DNA from: an uncultured Candidatus Rokubacteria bacterium
GTDB lineage: Bacteria; Methylomirabilota; Methylomirabilia; Rokubacteriales; CSP1-6
Reading direction: 5' to 3'
Length of the DNA: 64,000 nt
Assembly (NCBI GenBank): GCA_963758635.1
Contig: CAVWWD010000007.1
Span: 256,001-320,000, forward strand
Shown here: positions 51,888 to 61,802 of the stretch, in pieces
Layout of the letters: the number at the start of each line of letters is the position of its first letter
Numbering within the stretch: position 1 is the stretch's first letter
Notes under the pieces: generated by a model
Seen by the model: the letters and a program-made list of their open reading frames with translations, nothing else
The model's database searches: none
Told to the model about the DNA's origin: nothing
Position numbers and translations under genes: made by a program

Positions 51888-53429
51888 GCGCGCGCCACCG
51901 GTCGGGCGCACGGCGGACCGGGCGACCGCTCCGCCGGTCCGGCGCGGGGCAACCGGTGAGAACGCTCCGGCTCGTCGCGGCTCTTCTGTGCGCCCTCGGG
52001 GCGGTGGCGCCGCCGGGGCCCGTCCGCGCCGCCGGCCCGCTCGCCCATCGCGAGGTCCTTCCCAGCGGCATGATCCTCCTGATCGCCGAGCGGCGGGCCA
52101 TTCCCGTCGTGGTCGTCAGCGTGTCCGTGCGCGCGGGCTCGGTGCTCGATCCCCCCGGCGGGCGCGGGCTCGCCAACCTCACCGCCTCGCTCCTCACGCG
52201 CGGCACGGCGAAGCGGACGGGACCCGAGCTGGACCGCGCCATCGAGTTCGTGGGAGGCACGCTCGAGGCGGAGGCGGGGCGCGACACGGTCAGCGTCTCC
52301 CTCGCCGTCCTGCGCAAGGACCTCGACCTCGGGCTCGACCTGCTCGCCGAGGTCCTGCGCGAGCCGACCTTCCCGGAGGCCGAGCTCTCGCGCAAGGCGC
52401 GGGAGATCCAGGCCGTGCTCGAGCGCGCCGAGGAAGATCCCGAGACGCTGGCCAGCCGCGCCCTCGCCGACGCGCTCTATCCCGGCCATCCCTACGGGCG
52501 GCCCGTCGCCGGCACGAAGGAGTCGGTGGGACAGCTCACCCGCGAGCAGGTCGTCGCCTTCCATCGTGCCCACTACCGGCCCGACGCCGCCACCATCGCG
52601 GTGGTCGGCGACGTGTCGCGCGAGGAGGCGCGGAAGGGGATCGTCGCGCGCCTCGGCGGCTGGGCGCGGCCCGCGGGGCCGCTGCCGGCGATCGCCATCG
52701 CCTCGACGCGGCCGCCCGCCGTCTCGCGCGCGATGACCCGCGACCTGACCCAGGCCACCGTGATGCTCGGGGGACCCGCCGTGCGCCAGGACCATCCGGA
52801 TTACTTCCCGCTGCTCGTGGCCACCCAGGCGCTCGGCGGCGGGTCGTCCTCGCGCCTCTACACGCGCGTGCGGGAGGAGCGCGGCCTCGCGTACTCCATC
52901 GGCAGCCGGCTGTCGGCCGCGCGGCACGGATCGTCCGTGATCGTCTCGCTCCAGACCAGGAACGACGCCGTGGACGAGACGGTCGAAGCTCGTGAGGGAG
53001 GAGCTGGCGCGGATGGGACGGGAGCATCTTCCCGCCGCGGAGCTGGACGTGGCGAAGTCGTACCTGGTCGGCAGCTTCCCGCTGCGCCTCGGCACCACCG
53101 CGAACGTCGCCGGCTTCCTGATCGGCGTGGAGGAGAACGGTCTCGGGCTCGGCTACCCGGCCGTGTTCCGCGAGCGGGTGGCGCGCGTGACCGCCGCGGA
53201 CGTGGCGCGCGTGGCCGCGCGCTACCTGGATCCGTCGGGGCTGTCGTCGGTCGTGGTCAGCGGCAAGAGCGACTCGAGCTCCCGGCGCGACGCTCAGCGG
53301 CCCGGCGTCCCGGGCGTCGCTACCATCGTCCCCCCACGCCCCACGAGAAGCCCCAGCCCCCGTACGGCCAGTACGGACCGTAGTAGTACGGGTACGCGTA
53401 CGGCGGGAGGTCGCGCGGCCAGAGCGTGA
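51884..53429 (+). CDS. M16 peptidase, non-catalytic partner subunit; frameshift near 52990, end uncertain
   Basis: GLANLTASLLTRGT, HPYG, SRLYTRVREERGLAY; no HXXEH. Confidence 0.88.
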
Positions 53430-53841
53430 TCGCGTCCGAGGCGATGACCGGGTAGCGGAACGGGACGTCGCCGAGGGGTCGCTGCTCCTCGCCGGTGACC
53501 GTGCCCAGGACGGTCACGCGGCGGCCCGGCTCGAACACCGCGGGATCGAGGAACTGGGCCGCTCGTACCAGGAAACGACCGTCCGAGCGATCGCTCCGCT
53601 CCGGGCTGTCGTCGCTCCGGAGCCGCCGCGAGAGCACCTCGATCTGCGTCTGCCCTTCCTTCGGCGTGGTGGCGAGGATCTCCCCGCCCACGATGACGCG
53701 CTGGTTGACGAACGTGCCCGGCGCGGCCGCCCGCAGCCCCGCCACCGTGACCTCCCGGTTGACGCCGACCGTCACCTCGCTCGGGAACGCGCTCACGCAT
53801 CCCGCCAGGGCGAGCGCGAGCAGCAGCGCCAGGGCCGACAT
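53320..53841 (-). CDS. Slp family outer membrane lipoprotein
   Basis: lipobox LAGC, GGEIL, GRFL...FLDPAVF, VTVLG, YPVI, Tyr/Pro-rich tail. Confidence 0.88.
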   Translation of the reverse strand: MSALALLLALALAGCVSAFPSEVTVGVNREVTVAGLRAAAPGTFVNQRVIVGGEILATTPKEGQTQIEVLSRRLRSDDSPERSDRSDGRFLVRAAQFLDPAVFEPGRRVTVLGTVTGEEQRPLGDVPFRYPVIASDAITLWPRDLPPYAYPYYYGPYWPYGGWGFSWGVGGRW

Positions 53842-53903
53842 GAGCGCAGGCTACCGTGCCTCCGGGCGCGCCGCAACCGAGCGCCTCCGGGGCGCGTGCT
53901 ACA

Positions 53904-54500
53904 ATGGCGCCCGCCGTGGAGCGGATCGGGCGGCGGTACGTGTTCCTCGCGCTGACGGCGCTGGGGCTGGTGGGAGCGCAGTCGGCGGGCGCGGCGTCCT
54001 TCACGCTCGGCGAGCCGGAGCGGGCCGACGCCCTGCGCACGGGCCAGAAGAGCGTCACCAGCGACGAGTTCGGCGCGGAGTGGCGGGGGCGCGACCAGTC
54101 CGGGCAGACCATCACGGTCATGACGCCGTACTACCGGCTGGCCCTCGCGTCCCGCAACGCCACGTTCAAGAAGGAGGCCCTCAAGCCCCGCGACATCGAC
54201 AGCATCCTGAAGGACTCGCAGGCAAAGCTCACGCTGTGGGTCACGCTCCTGGGCGGGCGGGCCGACTTCGCCAGGTTCTTCGCGCCCGTGCTCGTCGGCG
54301 GGCCGGCGGAGGTCCAGCCGAGCTTCGTGCAGAACGAGCGCACCGCGCTCCGCGACGAGGCCGGGCGCTACGCTGCCCGCTGCCTGTACGTGTTCCCGGC
54401 CGAGGGCCTCGATCCTCGCGGCCGGGTGACGGTCGTGGTTCGGGATCCCGACAGCAAGGAGATGGCGAAGTTCACCCTCGATCTCTCGGCCATACGGTGA
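53904..54500 (+). CDS. exported hypothetical protein
   Basis: signal-peptide-like N-terminus, host-like codon usage; start uncertain. Confidence 0.65.
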   Translation: MAPAVERIGRRYVFLALTALGLVGAQSAGAASFTLGEPERADALRTGQKSVTSDEFGAEWRGRDQSGQTITVMTPYYRLALASRNATFKKEALKPRDIDSILKDSQAKLTLWVTLLGGRADFARFFAPVLVGGPAEVQPSFVQNERTALRDEAGRYAARCLYVFPAEGLDPRGRVTVVVRDPDSKEMAKFTLDLSAIR

Positions 54501-54523
54501 CCGGCCGACACAAGGAGCGTCCG

Positions 54524-55027
54524 ATGGTGACCAAGGAGCGGTTCGCGCAGGGCATGACCCTCCAGCAGTATCTCGACCAGATGGGCACGAACAAGGAGCG
54601 GTTCGTCCAGTTCCTGAACGAGATCAAGGTCGACGCCGACGATCGGGCCGCGCTCGAGCGGCTCGGCAAGAAGCTCAAGGTCCTCGTCCTCACCGAGGAC
54701 TGGTGCGGCGACGCGCTCTACAACGTTCCCGTGCTCGCCAAGCTGGTCGAGGGCAACCCGAACGTCGAGATGCGCCTGTTCCTGCGGGACAAGAACCCCG
54801 ACCTCATGGACCAGTACCTGAACCAGGGCATGTACCGGTCCATCCCGGTCTTCGCGTTCTTCGACGAGAACATGAACGAGGTCGCCCGCTTCATCGAGCG
54901 CCCGCCCGCCCACACCGAGGAGCTCGAGAAGAAGATGCTCGAGGTGCGGCGCGCGCTCCGGACCGAGCGCTACCTCGACTGGCGGGGCGGCGTGGTCAAG
55001 GAGATCCGGTCCCTTCTCAAGGCATGA
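54524..55027 (+). CDS. thioredoxin-like protein (WCGD type)
   Basis: LVLTEDWCGDA, RDKNPDLMD, RSIP; AAGGAG SD. Confidence 0.88.
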   Translation: MVTKERFAQGMTLQQYLDQMGTNKERFVQFLNEIKVDADDRAALERLGKKLKVLVLTEDWCGDALYNVPVLAKLVEGNPNVEMRLFLRDKNPDLMDQYLNQGMYRSIPVFAFFDENMNEVARFIERPPAHTEELEKKMLEVRRALRTERYLDWRGGVVKEIRSLLKA

Positions 55028-55086
55028 CCGGCCGCGGCGCGCGCGCCGGCTCGACGACACCATCCCGGACACGGAGGAGACCAGAC

Positions 55087-56055
55087 ATGAAGGCGATCCG
55101 CGTGCACACTCCCGGCGGCCCCAACGTCATGAAGCTGGAGGACGTCGCCGAGCCGTCCGTCGGGCCCGGCCAGGCCCTGGTGAAGCTGGAGGCGGCCGGC
55201 CTCAACTACATCGACGTGTACTTCCGCTCCGGCGCGTACAAGGCGCCGCTGCCGCTGACCCCGGGGCTCGAGGGCGCGGGCACCGTGACCGCGGTGGGCT
55301 CCGGCGTGACCGACCTGCGCGTCGGCGACCGCGTGGCGTACACCGGCATCGCCGGCTCGTATGCCCAGATGATCGTCTGTCCGGCGGACCGCCTCGTGAA
55401 GCTTCCCGACGGGCTCTCGTTCCGCGACGGCGCCGCCGCGATGCTCCAGGGCCTCACCGCGCACTACCTGGTGAAGAGCACCTTCCCCCTCAAGCAGGGC
55501 GACACCTGCCTGGTGCACGCCGCCGCCGGCGGCATGGGCCTCCTGCTCTGCCAGATGGGCAAGATGCTCGGCGCCACCGTGATCGGCACCGTCTCCACCG
55601 AGGAGAAGGCCGCCCTCGCCCGCGAGGCCGGCGCCGCGCACGTGATCCTCTACACGAAGCAGGAGTTCGAGACCGAGGTGAAGCGGATCACGAACGGACG
55701 CGGCGTGGACGTGATCTACGACGGCGTCGGCCAGACGACGTTCCTGAAGGGCTTCGAGTGCCTCCGCCCGCGCGGGCTCATGGCGCTCTTCGGCGCGGCG
55801 AGCGGCCCCGTGGATGCGTTCGACCTGCAGATCCTGAACCAGAAGGGCTCGCTCTTCGTGACGCGGCCGAGCCTCAACCACCACATCGCCACGCGCGAGG
55901 AGCTCACGCAGCGGGCGGGCGACGTGCTCGGCTGGATCCGGGACGGCAAGGTCAAGCTGCGGGTGGAGCTGACCTTCCCGCTCGGGCAGGCGGCCGACGC
56001 CCACCGCGCCCTCGAGGGCCGCAAGACCACCGGGAAGGTCCTCCTCCTCCCCTGA
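55087..56055 (+). CDS. qor: NADPH:quinone oxidoreductase (zeta-crystallin family)
   Basis: GLNYID, GLEGAG, LQGLTAHYL, HAAAGGMG, TTGKVLL. Confidence 0.92.
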   Translation: MKAIRVHTPGGPNVMKLEDVAEPSVGPGQALVKLEAAGLNYIDVYFRSGAYKAPLPLTPGLEGAGTVTAVGSGVTDLRVGDRVAYTGIAGSYAQMIVCPADRLVKLPDGLSFRDGAAAMLQGLTAHYLVKSTFPLKQGDTCLVHAAAGGMGLLLCQMGKMLGATVIGTVSTEEKAALAREAGAAHVILYTKQEFETEVKRITNGRGVDVIYDGVGQTTFLKGFECLRPRGLMALFGAASGPVDAFDLQILNQKGSLFVTRPSLNHHIATREELTQRAGDVLGWIRDGKVKLRVELTFPLGQAADAHRALEGRKTTGKVLLLP

Positions 56056-56233
56056 TCGCCCACCCGGCTGCCGGCAGGCGTTCTGGAGCGACCTATTCAG
56101 GACGGCGCGCAGCGGACCCATGGTCTGCGCAAGGTCCGCCTTCGTTCGCGATGATGCGGACTAGAGGCAGGCTGACACGGCGGGCTCGCCATCCCCAGGG
56201 GTGGCCGAGCCCGCCGCGCCGCTCGGCCGCCGC

Positions 56234-57829
56234 ATGATCAAGGGACTGCTCGTCGCCGTCGTCGTCCTCGCCCTGCTCGCCGCGGGAGCGCTCGCCGCGG
56301 TGCCGTGGCTCGTGGACACGCCCCGGGTCCAGGCGTACCTCACGGGGGCCGTCGCCCAGTCGCTCGGACGTCCGGTGCGCTTCTCCTCGCTGTCGGTCTC
56401 CGTCCTGCCGGCCCCCGCGGTGCGCCTGCGCGGTCTGCAGATCGCCGAGGATCCGCGCTTCGGCCCGGGAGCGTTCGTGACCGTCAACGACGGGCGCATC
56501 CGGATCCGCCTGGCGCCGCTCTTCACCGGGCGGCTCGAGCTGGCCGACGTCACGCTCGACGGCGTCACGGTCTCCGTGATCGAGGACGCGGGGCAGTGGA
56601 ACCTGGCGAGCCTCGGGGCGATCCCGCCTCCGGGCCGGGCGGGCGCCGGCCGGGGCTCGTCCCCCGGCGCGGTGTCGACGGTGGGCGGGCTCGGCGCCGC
56701 GCTCTCGAGGATGCGCATCGCCGACGGAGCGATCGAGTACCGCAAGCGCGGCGTCGAGGGATCAGGCGTCCGTCTCGAGCGGATCGCGCTCACGATCACC
56801 CCCGGGCCGCGCCCGGAGATCCTGACCATGCGCGGCGAGGCGCTGAGCCGTCCCGGGGCGGCCCGCCTCCGCCTGACCGAGGCCACGCTCTCGATCGTGC
56901 CCGGGCGTCCGCTCGGGGACGCGCTGATGAAGGCGGCCATCGACCTCAAGGTCGACGACGTCGGCTCCCTCGGGTTGGTGACCGCGACGCGCGTCGCCGG
57001 CGCGCTGACCGGCACCGTGAACGTCGGCGGGAGCCTCGCGAAGGTGTCGGGCACGGGCGAGCTCCGCGCGGAGCGCCTGACGCTCGCGCCCGAGGCCGCC
57101 CCCCGCTGCGCGGCCTCGGGCCGCCGCCCGCTCGTGATCGAGGACGTGCGCGTTCCCCTGGCCCTCGCGCCTGGCCGCATCGACAGCCGCTCCGTGCGCG
57201 CGGCGACGAGCGGCGGGACGATCACGTTCGAGCTCCACGCGCGAACGGGGCCGGCACCGAGCGTCGCGCTCCGCGACCTGCGCATCGCGGGGATGGAGCT
57301 CCGCCCCATCCTCCTCGACTACCTGTGCCAGCCCTACGCGGTGTCGGGTCCGCTCGAGCTGACCGGCGACGCCGTGTTCGTCCCCGGCGACCCGTGGCGC
57401 ACGCTGGAGGGCGCGGGCCGGTTTCGCGTCGGCCGCGGCCAGGTGCTGGGCGACGGGGTGCTTCACGTGCTGAGCCAGGCCGGTCGGCTCGGGACGACGC
57501 TGGCCTCGCCGCTGTCCGTCCCCGAGGTCTGGCGCTGGACGCGCGAGGATCCGCTCGACTTCGACGCGATCAGCGCGACCTACCGCGTGGCCGCGGGGGT
57601 CGCGAGCACGCGAGACCTGGTCTACGAGAGCCGGCGGTTCCGGGGCACGGGCGTCGGCACGTACGGGCTCGGCGACGGCCGCATCGACATGGCGGTGACG
57701 CTCAGCCAGGGCCGGGGCGAGGTGCGCGCCCGCGTGGCCGGTCCGCCCGGCGCGGTGACGGTGACGCCCACCGGCATCACCGCGCCCCCGGGAGAAGCCC
57801 GGCGCCTGGTCGAGCGGCTCGCGCGCTGA
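56234..57829 (+). CDS. AsmA family protein
   Basis: N-terminal TM anchor, LGRPV...LSVSVLPAP, beta-rich body, AsmA-like C-terminus. Confidence 0.75.
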   Translation: MIKGLLVAVVVLALLAAGALAAVPWLVDTPRVQAYLTGAVAQSLGRPVRFSSLSVSVLPAPAVRLRGLQIAEDPRFGPGAFVTVNDGRIRIRLAPLFTGRLELADVTLDGVTVSVIEDAGQWNLASLGAIPPPGRAGAGRGSSPGAVSTVGGLGAALSRMRIADGAIEYRKRGVEGSGVRLERIALTITPGPRPEILTMRGEALSRPGAARLRLTEATLSIVPGRPLGDALMKAAIDLKVDDVGSLGLVTATRVAGALTGTVNVGGSLAKVSGTGELRAERLTLAPEAAPRCAASGRRPLVIEDVRVPLALAPGRIDSRSVRAATSGGTITFELHARTGPAPSVALRDLRIAGMELRPILLDYLCQPYAVSGPLELTGDAVFVPGDPWRTLEGAGRFRVGRGQVLGDGVLHVLSQAGRLGTTLASPLSVPEVWRWTREDPLDFDAISATYRVAAGVASTRDLVYESRRFRGTGVGTYGLGDGRIDMAVTLSQGRGEVRARVAGPPGAVTVTPTGITAPPGEARRLVERLAR

Positions 57830-58646
57830 AGCGCGCGCCGCCCAGCTTCCCGCGCTCGACCAGGCCGACGAAGAACGCGTGCAGCTGCTCGTACTCGTCG
57901 TAGCGCGCCTGGCCGAGCCGCGGCACGGTGTCGGCGTGGAGGCTCCGGTACACGGCCAGGCGCTGGCGGACGATGTGGCGCCACTCGCGGCTCAGGTCCT
58001 CGGCCTCGATGCCGTCGAAGCCGGCGCGGGCCAGGCGCTCCCGATACCCCGCGATGCTCTCGATCGACACCGCGGCCATCCACTCGTCGAGGCGCCGGCG
58101 CTCGCCGTCGTCCAGGCGCGGGGTGGCGATCCAGTCGCTGAAGGCCACGCGCCCGCCCGGCGCCAGCACCCGCGCGCATTCGGCGAGCGCGCGGCCCTTG
58201 TCCGGCACGTGCAGGAGACCCTCCTGGCTCACCACGGCGTCGAACGCGCCGGACGGGCAGGGGAGCGCCTGGGCGTCGCCGCGCACCACGCGGACGACCG
58301 TGTCGAGCCCCACGAGACGCGTGAGGCGAACGTTGCCCGCCGAGCGTCCGGCGTGCAGGTCCAGCGCGGTAACGCGCGCGCCGAAGCGGTGGGCGAGGAA
58401 CCGCGCCGGCCCACCGAGGCCGGCGCACACGTCGAGGACGCGATGGCCCGGCATGATTCCGGCCCGGCGCGCCAGGGCCTCCACCGCGGCCAGCCCGCCG
58501 TAGTGGTCCTGGTCCCAGTCGTACAGGTCGTCCGGGCCCGCCGCCCGGCCGTCCATCCCGCCCCGGGCGAGGGCGGCGCGCACCCGGCTCTCGCTGATCG
58601 GATGACGGTCGTAGAAGTCGAGGACGGAGGCGACGTGAGGGCTCAC
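57777..58646 (-). CDS. class I SAM-dependent methyltransferase (sarcosine/dimethylglycine N-methyltransferase-like)
   Basis: DQDHYGG, VLDVCAGLGGPARFLA, FDAVVSQEGLLHVPDK, LAPGG. Confidence 0.85.
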   Translation of the reverse strand: MSPHVASVLDFYDRHPISESRVRAALARGGMDGRAAGPDDLYDWDQDHYGGLAAVEALARRAGIMPGHRVLDVCAGLGGPARFLAHRFGARVTALDLHAGRSAGNVRLTRLVGLDTVVRVVRGDAQALPCPSGAFDAVVSQEGLLHVPDKGRALAECARVLAPGGRVAFSDWIATPRLDDGERRRLDEWMAAVSIESIAGYRERLARAGFDGIEAEDLSREWRHIVRQRLAVYRSLHADTVPRLGQARYDEYEQLHAFFVGLVERGKLGGARFSARAARPGAGLLPGAR

Positions 58647-58756
58647 CGGCGCCGACGGTAGCCCCGCGGCACGGGCCGGGAGAAGCCTTGAAGTCATTGG
58701 AGGCGTGTGGTACAGAAGAGGCGTTTTCATTCTGCCCGGAAGGAGCACCAGCCGCC

Positions 58757-59896
58757 ATGACCAACGCCGCCGCCCCCGCCAAGGCCGGCCTCGAGGACGT
58801 TGTCGTCTCGACCTCCGAGATCTGCTTCATCGACGGCCACCAGGGCCGCCTGCTGTACCGCGGGTACAACGTCGACGAGCTGGTGGCGCAATCGAGCTTC
58901 GAGGAGGTCGTGTTCCTCCTCCTGCAGGGCCACCTGCCGACGCGGAAGGAGATGGACGCCCACGCCAAGGCGCTCGCCTCCACCGCCAACCGGAAGCTGC
59001 CGCCCAAGCTCCTCGCCATGCTCCGCCTGCTGCCGAAGAAGACGACGCCGATGGAGGTGCTCCGCACCGGCGTGTCCGCGCTGTCCGCCTTCGATGCCGA
59101 CGCCGCGGACAACTCGCGCGACGCCACCCTGCGCAAGTCGCTCCGGCTGACCGCGCAGATGCCCACGCTGGTCGCGGCGTGGGAGCGGATCCGCCGCGGC
59201 AAGCCGCCGGTCGCGCCCAACCCCCGGCTCAACCTCGCCGCCAACTTCCTGTTCATGATGACGGGCAAGAAGCCCACCGACCTCGCGGCGAAGACGTTCG
59301 ACGTCGCCCTGATCCTGCACGCCGACCACGAGTTCAACGCCTCCACGTTCGCCGCGCGCGTGACCGCGGCCACGCTCTCGGACGTGCACTCGGCGGTGGT
59401 GTCGGGGATCGGCGCGCTCAAGGGGCCGCTCCACGGCGGCGCCAACGAGCAGGTCATGCTGATGGCCGAGAAGATCAAGGAGCCGGCCAAGGCGGAGGCG
59501 TGGATCCGCAAGGCGCTCGCCGACAAGGCGCGCATCATGGGCTTCGGCCACCGCGTGTACCGCGTGGAGGATCCGCGCGCCAAGCACCTGCGCCGCCTCG
59601 CCCTCGAGCTGGGCCAGCAGGCGGGCGACACGAGCGCGGTGGAGATCATCGAGACGGTGGCCCGCGTGGTCTCGGCCGAGAAGCGGATCTTCCCCAACGT
59701 CGACCTGTTCTCCGGCGCTGGCTACAAGACGATGGGCATCGCCACCGACCAGTTCACCCCGATCTTCGCGATGAGCCGCGTCGCCGGCTGGGCCGCGCAC
59801 GTGCTCGAGCAGCACGGCAACAACCGCCTCATCCGGCCCCGGGCGGACTACACCGGAGCCACCAGCGCCCGGTACGTTCCTCTCGCCCAGCGCTAG
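58757..59896 (+). CDS. citrate (or 2-methylcitrate) synthase
   Basis: GLEDVV, LYRGY, HADHEFNASTF, GPLHGGA, MGFGHRVY, PNVD. Confidence 0.93.
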   Translation: MTNAAAPAKAGLEDVVVSTSEICFIDGHQGRLLYRGYNVDELVAQSSFEEVVFLLLQGHLPTRKEMDAHAKALASTANRKLPPKLLAMLRLLPKKTTPMEVLRTGVSALSAFDADAADNSRDATLRKSLRLTAQMPTLVAAWERIRRGKPPVAPNPRLNLAANFLFMMTGKKPTDLAAKTFDVALILHADHEFNASTFAARVTAATLSDVHSAVVSGIGALKGPLHGGANEQVMLMAEKIKEPAKAEAWIRKALADKARIMGFGHRVYRVEDPRAKHLRRLALELGQQAGDTSAVEIIETVARVVSAEKRIFPNVDLFSGAGYKTMGIATDQFTPIFAMSRVAGWAAHVLEQHGNNRLIRPRADYTGATSARYVPLAQR

Positions 59897-59940
59897 ACAC
59901 CCGACGCGGGGCTCCGCCCCTCTTCGGGCGGTCTCACGGC

Positions 59941-60006
59941 CGGGCGCGGGCGGGCGAAGCCCGGGTGCCCGCACGGGTGCGGGCGGGCGAAGCCCGGGCG
60001 CCCGCA
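59941..60006. repeat. two tandem 33 bp palindromic REP-like units
   Basis: CGGG(C/T)GCGGGCGGGCGAAGCCCGGG(T/C)GCCCGCA x2, each with a CGGGC-GAA-GCCCG hairpin. Confidence 0.85.
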
Positions 60007-60007
60007 C

Positions 60008-60797
60008 GTGGTGACCGCGAGCGTCGTGCTCGTCCTGTACAACCAGCTCGGGCTGACACGCAGGTGCCTGGAGAGCCTCCGCGCGACCACCGGGAGCTTC
60101 GAGCTGTGCGTGGTGGACAACGGCTCCTCCGACGGCACCGAGGCGTTCTTCCGGGACACCGATCTTCCCTGGCCCGTCCGCTACCGGCGCCGGGACGACA
60201 ACGCCGGCCTCATCCGCGGGCTCAACGACGGGGCGCGCCTGGCCACGGCGGAGGTCATCTGCTTCCTGCACAACGACACCGAGATGCGCGAGCCTCGCTG
60301 GCTGGAGCGCCTGGAGAGCGGCCCTCGCCCGTCCCGGGGTCGGCCTCGCCGGGCTCTACGGCGCGCGACGCCTGCGCCGCGACGGGCGCTTCGTGGGGCG
60401 CACGATCGTCCACTGCCTCGCGGGTGAGCGCGGGCTGGCCGCGCCCGTCATGAGCGTGGCCGCGGTGGACGGCGTGTGCCTCGCACTCCGCCGGGACCTG
60501 TTCGAGGCGGTAGGCGGCTTCGACGAGGGATACGGGTTCTTCCACGGCTACGACCGTGACCTGTCCTTCGCCGTCCGCGAGGCGGGCCGCGCCTGCGTCG
60601 TGGTGGATGCGCCGTTCGTCCATCACGGCGGTGGGACCCGGACCGGCGCCCAGGCGCCGCGCCCGCCCGCCGTGGACCTGGCGGACCGACAGGCCGCCCT
60701 GGGCCGCTTCGCCGCGAAGTGGCGCCGGAGGCTGCCGTGCGACGTGCGGAGCGTGAAGGAGCGCGTGGCCGATCGCGTGGCCGCGCTGTGGACGTGA
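60008..60797 (+). CDS. family 2 glycosyltransferase; frameshift near 60320
   Basis: VVDNGSSDGT, FLHNDT, VDGVCL, GGFDEGY, YDRDL. Confidence 0.88.
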
Positions 60798-60806
60798 TCT
60801 CCACGG

Positions 60807-60908
60807 AGGAGATCGTGAATGAATGGCGAGACGGCACGCCGCGTGTCCGCAGAATCGCGGTGATAGCCCGCTCGCTGAAGTCGAAATCCGCATTCTGTCA
60901 CAACCTCG
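60807..60908 (+). repeat. dispersed ~100 bp MITE-like element, family 2 copy B
   Basis: colinear match to 21597-21697. Confidence 0.85.
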
Positions 60909-60932
60909 GAGCGGAAGGAGCGAGCTGACCCC

Positions 60933-61802
60933 ATGATCCCGTTCGTGAAGGGCCACGGCCTCGGCAACGACTACATCGTCATGGAGGAGGCGAGCCTGCC
61001 CCGTCCGCTGAGCGAGGCGGAGATCGCCCTCGTGTGCGACCGCAACTGGGGCGTGGGGTCCGACGGGATCCTCCTCCTCGTCCCCGCGTGGGCGGGAGCG
61101 GACTTCGGGCTCCGGATCTTCAACCCGGACGGGAGCGAGGCGGAGAAGTCGGGCAACGGCCTGCGGATCTTCGCCAAGTACCTGCACGACCACGGGCGCG
61201 CCACCCGGCCCTCGTTCACCATCGACACCAAGGGCGGGCGCGTGGAGTGCCAGTGCCACGTGACGGACGGCCGCGTGGACGAGGTGACGGTGGAGATGGG
61301 GCGGTGCACGTTCCTGGCTCCGGAGATCCCCATGAACGGCCCGGCGCGCGAGGTGGTGCGCGTGCCGCTCCAGGTGGCCGAGCAGACCCTCGCCGTCACC
61401 GCGGTGTCGGTGGGCAACCCGCATTGCGTGATCTTCACGGACCGGCTCGACGAGGCGGAGACGCGGCGCCTCGGGCCGCTGATCGAGACGCATCCCGCCT
61501 TCCCGAACCGGACGAACGTGCAGTTCGCGCGCGTGACCTCGCGCTCCGCGGTGGACATCCTCATCTGGGAGCGGGGCGCCGGCTGGACGCTGGCCTCCGG
61601 CTCGTCGTCCAGCGCGGTGGCGTGCGCGGCGGTGAAGAACGGCCTGTGCGACCACGGCCCCGTGACCGTGCGTATGCCGGGGGGTACGCTCCACATCGAC
61701 GTGAGAGCGGACTGGTCGATCCGCCTGCGCGGGCCGGTGGAGGAGGTCTACGCGGGCACCCTCGCGCGCGACTTCATGGACGCTCTCGCGAAGCGTCGAT
61801 GA
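60933..61802 (+). CDS. dapF: diaminopimelate epimerase family protein (Ser/Ser variant)
   Basis: KGHGLGNDY, GVGSDG, NPDGSEAEKSGNG, GNPH, NVQF, ERGAGWTLASGSS. Confidence 0.85.
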   Translation: MIPFVKGHGLGNDYIVMEEASLPRPLSEAEIALVCDRNWGVGSDGILLLVPAWAGADFGLRIFNPDGSEAEKSGNGLRIFAKYLHDHGRATRPSFTIDTKGGRVECQCHVTDGRVDEVTVEMGRCTFLAPEIPMNGPAREVVRVPLQVAEQTLAVTAVSVGNPHCVIFTDRLDEAETRRLGPLIETHPAFPNRTNVQFARVTSRSAVDILIWERGAGWTLASGSSSSAVACAAVKNGLCDHGPVTVRMPGGTLHIDVRADWSIRLRGPVEEVYAGTLARDFMDALAKRR

